A stretch of DNA of 57,204 nucleotides from an uncultured Clostridia bacterium (GCA_947631495.1 CANRLO010000003.1:1-57204), one strand, 5' to 3'. Shown: positions 43,396-54,135, counted from the stretch's first letter. Made by a program: numbers and translations. Notes: generated by a model from the sequence alone, not told the origin.

Positions 43396-44592
43396 TTATT
43401 TTTTTGTGCCTATTTTGCTTCCTGATAATGCTAATATGTTTTGGTCATAAGAAAAAACTAATTTTTCTCTTTCTCTTTGCCTTTTTAATGCTATTTCTAC
43501 TAATTCGTCTATTTCTTTTTCAAATGTTTTATCAGTTGCTTCCCATAAATAGTATGATAATGCTCCTGGTATTGTATTGATTTCATTTATGAAAATTTCA
43601 TTGGTATCTTTATCTACTAAAAAGTCAATTCTAGAAACTCCACTGCAACCTAATACTTTAAATGTTTTTACTGCTAAGTCTTGAATTTCTTGTTTCATTT
43701 CTTTTGAAATTTCTGCTGGAAGTTTTCTTTTTAAACTTGCCATTCCTTTTGCTCCACTTTCCATCTCTCCTGTTTTGGTTTTTCCTCCTGAAACATATTT
43801 ATCTTGATAACTTAAGATTTCATCTGAGCCAATTGGTTCTTCACATTCTGATGGTTGTGCGTTTGAAATATCTCCCATGACTGAACAATTTACTTCTTTT
43901 AAGTTGATAATTGCATTTTCTACCATAATTCTATCTGAAAATTGCATTGCATATTCGATTGCATCTTTTAAACTTTCATTATCTTTGGCTTTCTTAATTC
44001 CTACACTAGAGCCTAAATTTCCTGCCTTTACAATGACTGGATATCTTAATTTTTCTTCTATTTGATTAATGTATGTTTGTTCTTCTTTTATATAATCTGT
44101 TGCATAAAATGCTACATAGTCAAGACATGGTAGGTTTACTTCTTTTAAAATTCTTCTCATCATAATTTTGTCCATTCCTATACTTGCTGATAAGATATCA
44201 CAGCCTATATATGGAATGTTTAACATTTCTAAAAATCCTGATACTGTACCATCTTCTCCGTTAGTTCCATGCATAGTTGGAAATGCTATATCAATGCTAT
44301 TTATAATATTATTTTTCATTTTTTTCATTGGAAATCTTACAACATTAATTTTCTTTCCATCATTTACAAGTGTAATTTGTTGCAATTTTTTTAATAATAC
44401 ATCTAAATTTTTGAACGATTCTAATGTTAAAAGTTCTTCTCCTGTGTACATTAAACCTTGTTTACTAATGTATATTGGAACTATTTCATATTTTTCTTTA
44501 TTAATATTGCTCATAGCCTGATTAGCTGTGATTATAGATATTTCGTGTTCTACTGACCTTCCCCCAAAAATAACTCCTAATTTTATTTTCAT
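43396..44592 (-). CDS. ddl: D-alanine--D-alanine ligase
   Basis: GGRSVEHEIS, HGTNGEDG, GSSVGI, SRIDF and NEINTIPG motifs. Confidence 0.92.
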   Translation of the reverse strand: MKIKLGVIFGGRSVEHEISIITANQAMSNINKEKYEIVPIYISKQGLMYTGEELLTLESFKNLDVLLKKLQQITLVNDGKKINVVRFPMKKMKNNIINSIDIAFPTMHGTNGEDGTVSGFLEMLNIPYIGCDILSASIGMDKIMMRRILKEVNLPCLDYVAFYATDYIKEEQTYINQIEEKLRYPVIVKAGNLGSSVGIKKAKDNESLKDAIEYAMQFSDRIMVENAIINLKEVNCSVMGDISNAQPSECEEPIGSDEILSYQDKYVSGGKTKTGEMESGAKGMASLKRKLPAEISKEMKQEIQDLAVKTFKVLGCSGVSRIDFLVDKDTNEIFINEINTIPGALSYYLWEATDKTFEKEIDELVEIALKRQREREKLVFSYDQNILALSGSKIGTKK

Positions 44593-44653
44593 ATAAATCC
44601 TTCTTTCTTATTTTTACTTTTTACTATTTGTATATCTTGTGTTTATTTTACTT

Positions 44654-46228
44654 TTATAAATAATTGTCTGGTAAATCATTTTCTAGTAATATGACTGTAT
44701 CTTTTGCAGAAAACTCATTCCATTTTTTGATAGCTTCTTGTAAATCTTTTGCAATAAATATTTGCTCTTTTGGATAGTTTTCTTCTATTATTCCTTCGTA
44801 AATTGGTTTTGCTTGCTTTTCACCTACCAATATGATGTAATCTGCACAATTTGCTGCTTTTTTTCCTAGTTCTTTATTATATTTTTCTGTATATTCACCT
44901 AAATCTACAATTCCTGGTGTTACTATAATTCTTGTTTTTGGATAAAATAATTTAAGTGTTTCTAATGCTTTGGTTGCTCCTTGTATATTAGAATTATACG
45001 CATCATCAATGATTGTAAAACCATTTTCTTTTCGAATTAGTTCTAGTCTATGAGGAACTGGTTTTAACCCTCTTATTCCAGCTTTTATTTGTTCATCTGA
45101 TAAATTTAATTCTTTTGCTACGGATATAGCTGCTACAATGTTTACAATATTGTGCTCTCCTAATAATTTTGTTTTTATATTTGTAATTTCTCCTTGTTTT
45201 GTATGAACATTAAATACAGACCCGGAATCTGTTATTTTAATATCATATGCATATGTATCGCAATTTTCTGTCATTCCATATTTTACATTTTCTTTTTCTA
45301 TTTTCGTTTGTCTTATATTTTCATCTTCATAATTGATAAAGGCTTTTTGCGTTACTGCATCTACTAGTTCCATTTTTGTTTTTCTAACATTTTCCAAGGT
45401 TTTAAATGTTTCTAAATGTTGTGGTCCAATAGCTGTTAGAATACCATATTTAGGTTTTACTAAATCACATATTTCTTTAATATCTCCTATATTTTTAGCT
45501 CCCATTTCACATACAAAAATTTGATGCATTGGATTTAGTTTTTCATTGATTGTTCTTACTACTCCTAGTGTTGTATTGAAACTTTCTGGTGTCATTAAAA
45601 CATGATATTTTTGTTCTAATATGGTAGATAATATATACTTTGTACTTGTTTTTCCATAGCTTCCTGTTATTCCTATTACTGTTAAATCAGGCATTTCTTC
45701 TAACTTCTTTTGAGCACTTTGACAAAACTTTTTATTAATATGACTTTCTATTGGTTTATTTATTTTATTAATTAATATAACTAGATAGTTGTTAAATAAA
45801 ATCATGATATTAATAATACTTAAAGTAACTGCCTGTACTATGCTAGTTATAATGTTGTTGCCTTGTAATAATAAGTTAGCTATGATAACTAAAAGAATAA
45901 ATAAAATACTTGCTGTTGCATACATTCTTTTAATTCTTTTTGTTACTACAAATGGCTTTTTTTCATGATAAATATCTCTAGAAAAATATAATAAAATAGC
46001 GATAATTATGCCTATACTAAAGGCAATTGTTGGATTAATAAATATTAATATAATAGGTAAAAATAAAAGAATTTCTCTTGCTTTTAATTCTTTATTTTTT
46101 TTCATCCAATTTTGATATCTTTCATTTTTATATGATTCCAATTGTAGTATATGAAATCCATGTCTTAGCTTTTTTAAATAATAAACAAATAGTGTTATTA
46201 AAAATAGGTTAATTAATATGTAATTCAT
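44654..46228 (-). CDS. murF: UDP-MurNAc-tripeptide--D-Ala-D-Ala ligase (MurF-type) with N-terminal TM segments
   Basis: GITGSYGKTS, CEMGA, DDAYNSN and LENDLPD motifs. Confidence 0.8.
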   Translation of the reverse strand: MNYILINLFLITLFVYYLKKLRHGFHILQLESYKNERYQNWMKKNKELKAREILLFLPIILIFINPTIAFSIGIIIAILLYFSRDIYHEKKPFVVTKRIKRMYATASILFILLVIIANLLLQGNNIITSIVQAVTLSIINIMILFNNYLVILINKINKPIESHINKKFCQSAQKKLEEMPDLTVIGITGSYGKTSTKYILSTILEQKYHVLMTPESFNTTLGVVRTINEKLNPMHQIFVCEMGAKNIGDIKEICDLVKPKYGILTAIGPQHLETFKTLENVRKTKMELVDAVTQKAFINYEDENIRQTKIEKENVKYGMTENCDTYAYDIKITDSGSVFNVHTKQGEITNIKTKLLGEHNIVNIVAAISVAKELNLSDEQIKAGIRGLKPVPHRLELIRKENGFTIIDDAYNSNIQGATKALETLKLFYPKTRIIVTPGIVDLGEYTEKYNKELGKKAANCADYIILVGEKQAKPIYEGIIEENYPKEQIFIAKDLQEAIKKWNEFSAKDTVILLENDLPDNYL

Positions 46229-47004
46229 TGAATATCCTTCCTATCGTTCTTTAAAAATTCATCTAATACTAATAAGCAATTAGATAATCTTTCTAAATAT
46301 GAAAAATGACCTGCTCCTTCGTAAGTAACTAATCCGCTACCTGGAATTAATTTTTCCATTGTTTTTCCATCTTCTACTGGTGTTGCCGTATCTTGTTCTC
46401 CCCATATTAAAAGAGTTGGGGCTTTAATATTTGGCATCAAATGTTTTTGATCTTCGTTTATAATAATTGACATCGTCTTTTTTAATACGTCTGGTGAATT
46501 TTTATAATCACTTGAACCAAATTTAGCAAAAACTCTCTCTTTCATATTATTAAACATTTCTGTTTTTGGTAAAATTTTGAAAAGATTTTTTAAAATTTTA
46601 AAAGTGTATACTCTTATATAATATTTTAGTTTTCTTTTTGGCACAATTCCAGCGCTATCGATTAATACAATTTTGTTTATTTTTCCAAGATTTCTTCCTG
46701 CATAATTTAAAATAATTCTGCCTCCATTTGAATGCCCAATTAAGATTGGATTTTTTATTTCTAGTTTATCTAATAATGCTTTTAGAAAATCTCCAAAATC
46801 ATTTGTATTTAATGGTTGATCTGGAAGTTCACTTTTTCCAAAACCAATAATATCAATAGAATAAACTTTGAAATTTTTTTCTAAATGCCTAGCAAGTGGA
46901 GCCATTGTTTCTAAAGATGCTAACCATCCATGAAGTAATACAATAGGATTTCCTTCTCCTGTAACTTCATAATTTATTTTTTTTCCATTTATTTCTACTT
47001 CCAA
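46225..47004 (-). CDS. Alpha/beta hydrolase
   Basis: HGW, GHSNGG nucleophile elbow, WGEQD and GHF; TTG start after RBS GGAG. Confidence 0.88.
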   Translation of the reverse strand: MEVEINGKKINYEVTGEGNPIVLLHGWLASLETMAPLARHLEKNFKVYSIDIIGFGKSELPDQPLNTNDFGDFLKALLDKLEIKNPILIGHSNGGRIILNYAGRNLGKINKIVLIDSAGIVPKRKLKYYIRVYTFKILKNLFKILPKTEMFNNMKERVFAKFGSSDYKNSPDVLKKTMSIIINEDQKHLMPNIKAPTLLIWGEQDTATPVEDGKTMEKLIPGSGLVTYEGAGHFSYLERLSNCLLVLDEFLKNDRKDIQ

Positions 47005-47202
47005 TTTTTCTCCTTCTCTATTTAAAAGAATTTTAGATGTTTTCATTTTATACTATATGTGCTTATAAATCAATATATATCTTGAATTTTTATTTTATTC
47101 AATTTCATTGTTTATATTATTATCATAAATCTCTTTAATTGATTTTTCTATTCAAGCACAAAAGAAACAGGGCTTTATTGCTCCTGTTTCTTTTGTTATT
47201 TG

Positions 47203-47376
47203 TTATTGTTCTACACTTCTATTGGCAATTTCAATTGCTTTTGAAACAATATTTCCACAAGTTTTAGAAGATACATTTTGCCATCCACCATCTTGTTTTA
47301 CTTGTTCATACACACCTAATTCTTTTGCAATTTCTTCTTTTAAATTTTCAGACATCATACTACTTTTTCTTCCCAT
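47203..47376 (-). CDS. Small acid-soluble spore protein (alpha/beta-type, SspF-like)
   Basis: LKEEIAKELG...GW..VSSK.CGNIV.KAIEIA. Confidence 0.85.
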   Translation of the reverse strand: MGRKSSMMSENLKEEIAKELGVYEQVKQDGGWQNVSSKTCGNIVSKAIEIANRSVEQ

Positions 47377-47655
47377 TTTAGTTTCCTCCTCATTCATTTT
47401 GATGATTTACGGATACTTTTTGAAAAATAAATTACTTTTCTTTTTTATTTATATTTGTTTTTAGAATAGCTTTTCTTTGGAGTACTCCATTTTTATATAA
47501 AATTTTTATATAAAGTTCTATTCTTTTTACAACTTAAATATAAGATAATTCATTTTTCTATTTATAGTATGTGTGTTTTTATTTTTCTTATACTTTTATA
47601 AATTTTCCAATGACACAAATGAAAACGTCCCTATTGTATCACTGATGTACCACAC

Positions 47656-49065
47656 TTACATTGTTAATGTGCCATTTGGTGTGTCTCTTATTACTAAAAT
47701 GTCTTCTTCCTTTCCTGTTTGTGCGTTGATATATACTAAAAATTCCGTTCCTTCTATTGTTCCTTTGAATTCCCAACAGAAGATTTCTGTTTGAAATTCA
47801 GTTGGTATAACTGCTAAACTTTCACTTTTAATATCTAATGTTTTATTTAAGTTTTGTTTTGCTTCTTCTTTTGTTATTTTTACTTCTGGCAATTTTCTTT
47901 CTTGATGTGAGTTTAGATATCCTGTTGTTTCTATTCCTAGTATTTCTCCATTATCTAATGCTACTTTTAATTTGATTAAGTCTGGATACATGGTTACTTC
48001 ACCATTTTCTGTTTGTTGATGATAAGCATAATTGATGGTTAATACTCCGCTTTGTTTTAAATAGTAAGTTTCTTTCATGTTTGGAAATCCTTTAGCATTT
48101 AGGAAGTTTATTCCAATTTCATTTGCTCTTTCTTGTGATATGGTTTCTGCTTGCACTTCTCTATTATAGTTCATGAATACAACATGTCCGCCTTTTTGTG
48201 TTATTGAAATAATAAGTGAGTTGTTTTTGTCTTTTTCACTATTTAAAGTAATATAGAAGTCATAAGATGGCATATCTGTATTGTTTGTTAATCCTTGTGA
48301 TGTGATTTCTTTTATTTTGTCTTGCCCTACAAATTCTATGGCAACTTGCTTTGCTTGTTCTTCGCTTATGTCTTCTCCGGTTAATCCTTTTTTTTGCGTT
48401 GATGTCATATGTTCTGAGAAGGCACCATCGTAAATTAAGCCTGCATATTCGTGAAAGTTTTCTTCCAAATTACTAAAGCTATCTTTTGAAATGTTGCTTA
48501 CTTGTGTTGCAAATACACTACTTCCTTTGCTTGTTAATTCTCCCCATTTAATTCTTCCGTCATTCATATCGGCAGATAGTTGATTTAATGTATTTTCTAA
48601 TTCTACACTATAGTTGTGCAATTCTTTTAGATTATCAAAATCTTCTTGGGTTAATTCTTCATTATATATATTTTTTCTTGAAAGACTAAAACTATAATCA
48701 CTTACTTGATTTAAAAATTTGGAAGTGTTGGCTAATTCTTGCGAACCCATTGGAAGTCTTCCTAAATAGCTTTGTGCAAGATTTGCTTCTCTCCATAAGT
48801 GTGTTAATGTTTCTGCTCCGTGCTCTGGTGTGCTAGATATTAGTGATTTTGCTAAATATACTTCTACATTTTGTACATAATCTACTAGTTCGAAAAATGC
48901 CATGTTATATTCATTTTCTGTCATTTGACGATAGTCTCTTTCTCTTTTATATGTGTAAATTCCAAGTAATGCAATTACTGCTACTAGTGTTACTACTAGT
49001 GAAAGCATATGTCTATCTTGTAAACGATTTTTCCAATCGTATAGTTTCTCTTTGATTTTTCCCAT
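47656..49065 (-). CDS. ypeB: Spore germination protein YpeB
   Basis: N-terminal TM, LIYDGAFSEH, PepSY-like repeats (YINAQTGKEE); downstream of sleB. Confidence 0.9.
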   Translation of the reverse strand: MGKIKEKLYDWKNRLQDRHMLSLVVTLVAVIALLGIYTYKRERDYRQMTENEYNMAFFELVDYVQNVEVYLAKSLISSTPEHGAETLTHLWREANLAQSYLGRLPMGSQELANTSKFLNQVSDYSFSLSRKNIYNEELTQEDFDNLKELHNYSVELENTLNQLSADMNDGRIKWGELTSKGSSVFATQVSNISKDSFSNLEENFHEYAGLIYDGAFSEHMTSTQKKGLTGEDISEEQAKQVAIEFVGQDKIKEITSQGLTNNTDMPSYDFYITLNSEKDKNNSLIISITQKGGHVVFMNYNREVQAETISQERANEIGINFLNAKGFPNMKETYYLKQSGVLTINYAYHQQTENGEVTMYPDLIKLKVALDNGEILGIETTGYLNSHQERKLPEVKITKEEAKQNLNKTLDIKSESLAVIPTEFQTEIFCWEFKGTIEGTEFLVYINAQTGKEEDILVIRDTPNGTLTM

Positions 49066-49179
49066 GTAATTTCTTTCCTTTCTCATTTTCTATTTTTTAT
49101 CTTTTGTTTTTAACTTTTGTTAAGGGGTGTCCCAAATTGTCCCATTTGTCGCAATTGGGGACTGTCCCAAATTGTCCCA

Positions 49180-49656
49180 TTATTTGCAAAAACGGTGCTT
49201 GCCTATGGTTTTTATTAGTGGTCTTGACCATATCCATTTATTTGTTGCTGTGTTTGGATTAAAGTAGTAAATGGCTCCTCCTGTTGGGTCCCAACCGTTC
49301 ATAGCATCTCGTGCTGCTTTTAGTACTGTTGAACCTTCTGCAATAGGTACGTTGATTTGTCCATCTGCTACCGCAGTAAATGCACCGCTTTGATATATTA
49401 CTCCTGCTATTGTGTTTGGAAATTTTGAGTCTTTGACACGATTTAATATAACAGCTCCAACTGCTACTTGTCCTTCATAAGGCTCTCCTCTTGCTTCTCC
49501 ATTGATTGCCCTTGCCATAAGTTGTAAATCTGATGTAGAATTTCCACTTGCTGCATAAACTTGGTTTTGTTTTTGCTGTCCAAATAATTCTTTTATTACT
49601 AGAAAACTAATTGCAATTATACTAACGATGATGATAATTTTTGTTATTTTTTTCAC
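49180..49656 (-). CDS. sleB: Spore cortex-lytic enzyme (Hydrolase_2 domain, no PG-binding domain)
   Basis: GEARGEPYEGQVAVGAVILNR, GWDPTGGAIYYFNP and IGKHRF motifs. Confidence 0.9.
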   Translation of the reverse strand: MKKITKIIIIVSIIAISFLVIKELFGQQKQNQVYAASGNSTSDLQLMARAINGEARGEPYEGQVAVGAVILNRVKDSKFPNTIAGVIYQSGAFTAVADGQINVPIAEGSTVLKAARDAMNGWDPTGGAIYYFNPNTATNKWIWSRPLIKTIGKHRFCK

Positions 49657-49964
49657 TTTTTTATTTGTCTTCCTTTCTAAAAAATCTTAAAAAATTTTAA
49701 TAATTTTTCCATTTTGTTTTTATTTTGCTTCTGTTTTGTGTTTTTTATTCTTTTTTTGTAATTTTTTTCTTGTTTTTTATTAAAAAATTTAACTTTTGTT
49801 TATTTTTTGTTGCTTGCTTTTTTAGTTTTGTTTTTATATTTTTGTTTTTGTATTTTTGTTTCTGTTTGTACCTCTATTTTTTATTTTATAATTTATAATT
49901 TTTAATATTTTTTGATTTTTTTTCATTTGTATGATAAAATCAGAAAAAATAATTGGAGATGTTT

Positions 49965-51089
49965 ATGAAAAAAGTTTTAATTTTTTATGCTTCTTATGGC
50001 GGAGGCCATTTGTCGGCTGCTAAGTCAATTAAACAATATATTGATGAAAATTATTCTGATGTTCAAACAGAAATGATTGATTGTGTAAAATATGTTAATA
50101 AGGCTTTAGATAAAATTACTACAGTTGCTTATCGTGAAATGGCAAAGAAGGCACCTTGGGCTTGGGAAAAGGTGTATTATAAATCACAGGGTGGTTTGCT
50201 TGGTAAGGTAAGTACTACTTCTAATAAAGTTATGGCAGTTAAAATGGCTAAGTTATTTCGTGAATTTAAGCCAGATGTAGTTATTTCTACTCATCCTTTT
50301 GGTTCTCAAATGACGAGTTATTTGAAACAAAAGGGCAAGACTAATTGCAAGCTTGCTACTATTATGACGGATTTTAAAACTCATGACCAGTGGCTTATTG
50401 GTAATAAATTTGTTGATTTTTATTTTGTTTCTAATTCTTCTATGAAGGAAGATATGTGCCAAAATGAAATTCCTGAAGATAAAATTTTTGTAACTGGTAT
50501 TCCTATTTCTAACCGCTTCTTGCAAAGTTATGATAAAACTTCTATTTTTTCTTCTTTTGGTTTAGAACAAGGTATTAGAACTATTTTATTTTTTGGCGGT
50601 GGTGAGTATGGTCTTGGAAAGGATAAAACAGTAGCTATTTTAGATGCTCTTTCTGATTTCTCAGATATTCAAGTAGTTGCTATTGCTGGTAAAAATGAGA
50701 AGATGAAGCAGGATTTTGAGAAAATTGTAGCTGAAAAGGGTAAACAACAGACAATTAAAGTTCTTCCTTTTACTGACAAGGTTCCAGAGTTAATGGCAAT
50801 TTCTGATATAGTTATTACAAAGCCTGGCGGTTTAACGGTTAGTGAATCTTTAGCTTCTCATCTTCCTTTAATGGTAATTAATCCTATTCCTGGGCAAGAA
50901 GAAGAAAATGCAGAATTTTTAGAAAAGATGGGTTGTGCAGTTTGGCTTAAAAAGAATGAAAATCCAAAAGAAGTGCTTTCTACTATTTTAAATGATTCTA
51001 TTAAATTAGGAGAAATGAAAATGTCGGCTGAACATTTTGCAAGACCAAATTCTACAAAGGATATTTGCTCTACTATTTTTTCTAAATAG
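49965..51089 (+). CDS. GT28 diacylglycerol glycosyltransferase (UgtP/MGDG synthase-like)
   Basis: SYGGGH, STHPF, TGIP, TKPGG and IPGQEEEN motifs. Confidence 0.9.
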   Translation: MKKVLIFYASYGGGHLSAAKSIKQYIDENYSDVQTEMIDCVKYVNKALDKITTVAYREMAKKAPWAWEKVYYKSQGGLLGKVSTTSNKVMAVKMAKLFREFKPDVVISTHPFGSQMTSYLKQKGKTNCKLATIMTDFKTHDQWLIGNKFVDFYFVSNSSMKEDMCQNEIPEDKIFVTGIPISNRFLQSYDKTSIFSSFGLEQGIRTILFFGGGEYGLGKDKTVAILDALSDFSDIQVVAIAGKNEKMKQDFEKIVAEKGKQQTIKVLPFTDKVPELMAISDIVITKPGGLTVSESLASHLPLMVINPIPGQEEENAEFLEKMGCAVWLKKNENPKEVLSTILNDSIKLGEMKMSAEHFARPNSTKDICSTIFSK

Positions 51090-51139
51090 GAATAATATTT
51101 TTTGAAAAAGGAAACAATCAAAAAGAAAGGATGAATATA

Positions 51140-51430
51140 ATGACAAGTAAACAACGTGCTTATTTAAGAGGACTTGCTAATACTTTAGATGCTATTTTTC
51201 AAGTAGGTAAGTCAGGTGTTTCTCAAGTTTTATTAGAACAATTAGATAATGCTTTAGAAGCAAGAGAGTTGATAAAAATTACTGTGCTTGAAACAGCTCC
51301 AGGTAATGTGAAGGAATTAGCAGAGGAAATTGCAATTGGTACTCATTCCGTTGTGGTTCAAACAGTTGGAAATAAAATTACTTTATTTAGACCAAGGAAA
51401 AAGGATTCTAAAATTGAGTTACCTAAGTAA
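51140..51430 (+). CDS. yhbY: YhbY/CRS1 RNA-binding ribosome assembly protein
   Basis: MTSKQRAYLRGLA...QVGK.G...LEARELIK. Confidence 0.92.
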   Translation: MTSKQRAYLRGLANTLDAIFQVGKSGVSQVLLEQLDNALEARELIKITVLETAPGNVKELAEEIAIGTHSVVVQTVGNKITLFRPRKKDSKIELPK

Positions 51431-51651
51431 TAGTATTAAATACATGTAGGGCGGATTTAAAGTTATATAGAAATATTATAATGTAGAGATATAGTAGTAT
51501 TTTAATATTTTAATCCGCTTCCTGCAATTTTACTTTTTATATTATATCTTATTATATTATTTGTATTTAACCCTATCATCACAAAAAATAACATAATTCG
51601 CAAAAATAGTCGTAATTTTATAAAATTTATCTGTTTTTTCTTTTCTAATTA

Positions 51652-51680
51652 TTGACAACTATAGAAAAAAATGCTATTAT
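51652..51680 (+). promoter_or_regulatory. Sigma-A promoter of tRNA-Arg
   Basis: TTGACA-17 nt-TATTAT with extended -10 TG. Confidence 0.75.
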
Positions 51681-51701
51681 AGATAACGTACTTAAAGTTA
51701 T

Positions 51702-51778
51702 GAGTCAGTAGCTCAGCTGGATAGAGCATTTGCCTTCTAAGCAAAGGGTCGGGGGTTCGAATCCCTTCTGGCTCACCA
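51702..51778 (+). tRNA. tRNA-Arg(TCT)
   Basis: Acceptor stem GAGTCAG/CTGGCTC, anticodon arm TTTGC-CTTCTAA-GCAAA, T-loop GTTCGAATC, encoded CCA; normal 7-nt anticodon loop. Confidence 0.97.
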
Positions 51779-51780
51779 AT

Positions 51781-51813
51781 AAAACGCTATACAAACCTGT
51801 ATAGCGTTTTTTT
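51781..51813 (+). terminator. Rho-independent terminator
   Basis: AAAACGCTATACA-AACC-TGTATAGCGTTTTTTT. Confidence 0.85.
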
Positions 51814-51827
51814 GTAGGAGGAATTAA

Positions 51828-51920
51828 ATGAATAAGCAACGCTACGAAAAAATTTTTATATTATTAGCCATATTAATTGCAATACTTAATATAGGACTTA
51901 TCGTTAAATTGTTTTTATGA
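51828..51920 (+). CDS. 30-aa single-TM small protein
   Basis: RBS AGGAGG; MNKQRYEKIFILLAILIAILNIGLIVKLFL. Confidence 0.6.
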   Translation: MNKQRYEKIFILLAILIAILNIGLIVKLFL

Positions 51921-52023
51921 ATAATATCACTAATTTTTTGATAAAATAATATTATATATAAATACATTGTATTGACATTATCTTTATATTATGTTAAAAT
52001 ATTATTTGAAAGAGGTGATAGTT

Positions 52024-52296
52024 ATGTCACAAACATTAATTAATTTTAGAATAGATGAAACAACCAAAAAGCAAATGGAACAAATCTGCAATGAGCTTGG
52101 AATAACAATGTCTACAGCTTTTAATATATTTGCTAAAAAAATGATTCGTGAAAAAAGAATTCCTTTTGATGTATCTATTGATCCATTTTATTCTGAAAGC
52201 AATATGAAAGCTATAGATGAATCAATTAAACAATTAGAAGAAGGAAAAGTTGTTAGAAAAACTATGAAAGAATTAGAGGCGATGGAAAATGAATAA
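52024..52296 (+). CDS. RelB/DinJ family antitoxin
   Basis: INFRIDE..K....IC.ELG..MSTAFNIF......RIPF, DPFYSESN; promoter TTGACA-17-TAAAAT at 51972-52000. Confidence 0.9.
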   Translation: MSQTLINFRIDETTKKQMEQICNELGITMSTAFNIFAKKMIREKRIPFDVSIDPFYSESNMKAIDESIKQLEEGKVVRKTMKELEAMENE

Positions 52297-52550
52297 TATT
52301 TCTTTTACCTCTAAAGCATGGGAAGAATATTGCTATTGGCAAACTCAAGATAAAAAAACTTTAAAAAGAATAAATTTATTACTATCAGATATTCGGGAGA
52401 AATAAATATGAAGGAATTGGAAAACCTGAACCATTAAAAGAAAATTTAAGTGGTTATTGGAGCAGATGAATAGACGATGTTAATAGATTAGTTTATAGAA
52501 TAAATAATGAGGAAATAGAAGTTGTCCAATGCAAAGGACATTATGAATAA
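52289..52550 (+). pseudogene. yoeB: Txe/YoeB family toxin with a frame break at CGG 52394-52396 and an internal TGA at 52467-52469
   Basis: AWEEYCYWQTQDKKTLKRIN.LL.DI, then in the +1 frame [32 protein letters not shown]...CKGHYE. Confidence 0.85.
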
Positions 52551-52731
52551 TAAAAATATATTATTATTCTATTTTCTAAATAGGTTTCAAATTTAGAAAG
52601 TTTCGGTTCATAAAAAATCACTATACATATTATATAGTGATTTTTTATTGTTTATTGCTAATATTTTTGTAAGGGGTGTCCCCACCGTTCCATTTTGGAA
52701 CGAAAAGGGGCGTCCCTCTTGTTCGGTTATT

Positions 52732-54135
52732 TTAATTTTTCCAAAAAGCAGAGTATGCTCTATAGGCTTCGTAAACATCAAATTTACTTGTTACTTCATA
52801 AGGTGCATGCATTGATAAAACTGGAACACCACAATCGATTACGTCGATTCCTTTATCTGCTAAGATGTATGCGATGGTTCCTCCTCCACCTAAGTCTACT
52901 CTTCCTAATTCTGCAAATTCATAGTGTACGTTTTCTTTTTCAAAAATATTTCTTATCATGGCTACAAATTCTGCGTTTGCATCTGAAGCTCCTGATTTTC
53001 CTCTTGCTCCTGTATATTTGTTTAGTCCTATTCCTTTTCCTAAAAATCCTGCGTTGTTTTTTTCATAAGCGCTTGCGTAAATTGGGTCATATGCTGCATC
53101 AACATCAGCAGATAACATTTTTGAATTACAAAATACTTGGTCTAATAGATTTGGTCTATTTACTCCTAGTTTGTTTAGAATTTCTGAAATGAATGTATCA
53201 AATACGTGTGATTCCATTCCTGTATTTCCCATGCTTCCTATTTCTTCTTTGTCTGCAATAATACATACTGCTGTGGTTTTTGGATTTTGCAAACCAAGTA
53301 ATGCGGTTAGTGATGTATATACACATACTTTGTCGTCTTGTCCATAGGCTGCTACCATGCTACTGTCTAATCCCATACTTCTTGCACGAAAAGCTGGTAC
53401 TAACTCTATTTCAGAACTTACAAAATCAATTTCTGTAATTCCATATCTTTCATTTAGAATGTTCATTATGTTTAATTTTACACTGTCTGCACCTTTTTCT
53501 CCCTCATAAGGAATACTTCCAATTAGAAGATTTAACTCTTCTCCTTTTATTCCTTCTTTTAGTTTTCTTTCCATTTGCTCTGTTGCTAAATGTGGTAATA
53601 GGTCTGTAATGGTGAAAATTGGGTCTGTTTCTTCTTCTCCAATTACTATTTCTATTTTTTCTCCACTTGGTTTTACAATAATACCGTGAATGGCAAGTGG
53701 TATTGTGGTCCATTGATATTTTTTTATTCCTCCATAGTAATGTGTTTTAAAGTAAGCAAAACCACTGTCTTCATATAAAGGATTTGGTTTTAAGTCTAAT
53801 CTTGGTGAGTCTGCATGTGAACCTATAATATTGATTCCTTTTTCAATAGGATCTTCCCCTATTACTGCTAAATACATGCTTTTGTCACGATTATTGTAAT
53901 ATACTTTGTCTCCTGCTTTTAATGTTTCATATGATTGTATACTTTTAAATCCATTTTTTTCTGCTAATTCTTTTGAACTTTTAATAATTTCTCTTTCTGT
54001 TTTTGAACGATTTAAAAAATTCATGTATTCTGTACAATATGAATATACTTCGTCTTTCGTTTGTTTTTGCATTCCTTCCCAACCCGTTGTTGTTTTACGG
54101 AATAATTTTTCTTTTAAGTTTTCTGCCTCTGTCAT
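52732..54135 (-). CDS. M18 family aminopeptidase
   Basis: SHADSPRLD, YYGGIKKYQW, GQDD, DKEEIGS and LSMHAP motifs. Confidence 0.92.
   Translation of the reverse strand: MTEAENLKEKLFRKTTTGWEGMQKQTKDEVYSYCTEYMNFLNRSKTEREIIKSSKELAEKNGFKSIQSYETLKAGDKVYYNNRDKSMYLAVIGEDPIEKGINIIGSHADSPRLDLKPNPLYEDSGFAYFKTHYYGGIKKYQWTTIPLAIHGIIVKPSGEKIEIVIGEEETDPIFTITDLLPHLATEQMERKLKEGIKGEELNLLIGSIPYEGEKGADSVKLNIMNILNERYGITEIDFVSSEIELVPAFRARSMGLDSSMVAAYGQDDKVCVYTSLTALLGLQNPKTTAVCIIADKEEIGSMGNTGMESHVFDTFISEILNKLGVNRPNLLDQVFCNSKMLSADVDAAYDPIYASAYEKNNAGFLGKGIGLNKYTGARGKSGASDANAEFVAMIRNIFEKENVHYEFAELGRVDLGGGGTIAYILADKGIDVIDCGVPVLSMHAPYEVTSKFDVYEAYRAYSAFWKN

Noticed and set aside
51702-51778. tRNA-Arg as a frameshift-suppressor tRNA
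   Set aside because: It has a normal 7-nt anticodon loop (CTTCTAA) and reads AGA/AGG.
52467-52469. TGA readthrough or stop-codon reassignment
   Set aside because: It is a single case in a toxin gene. TGA ends several normal genes here (spoIIE, the hydrolase, 18174-18503) and Trp is encoded by TGG.
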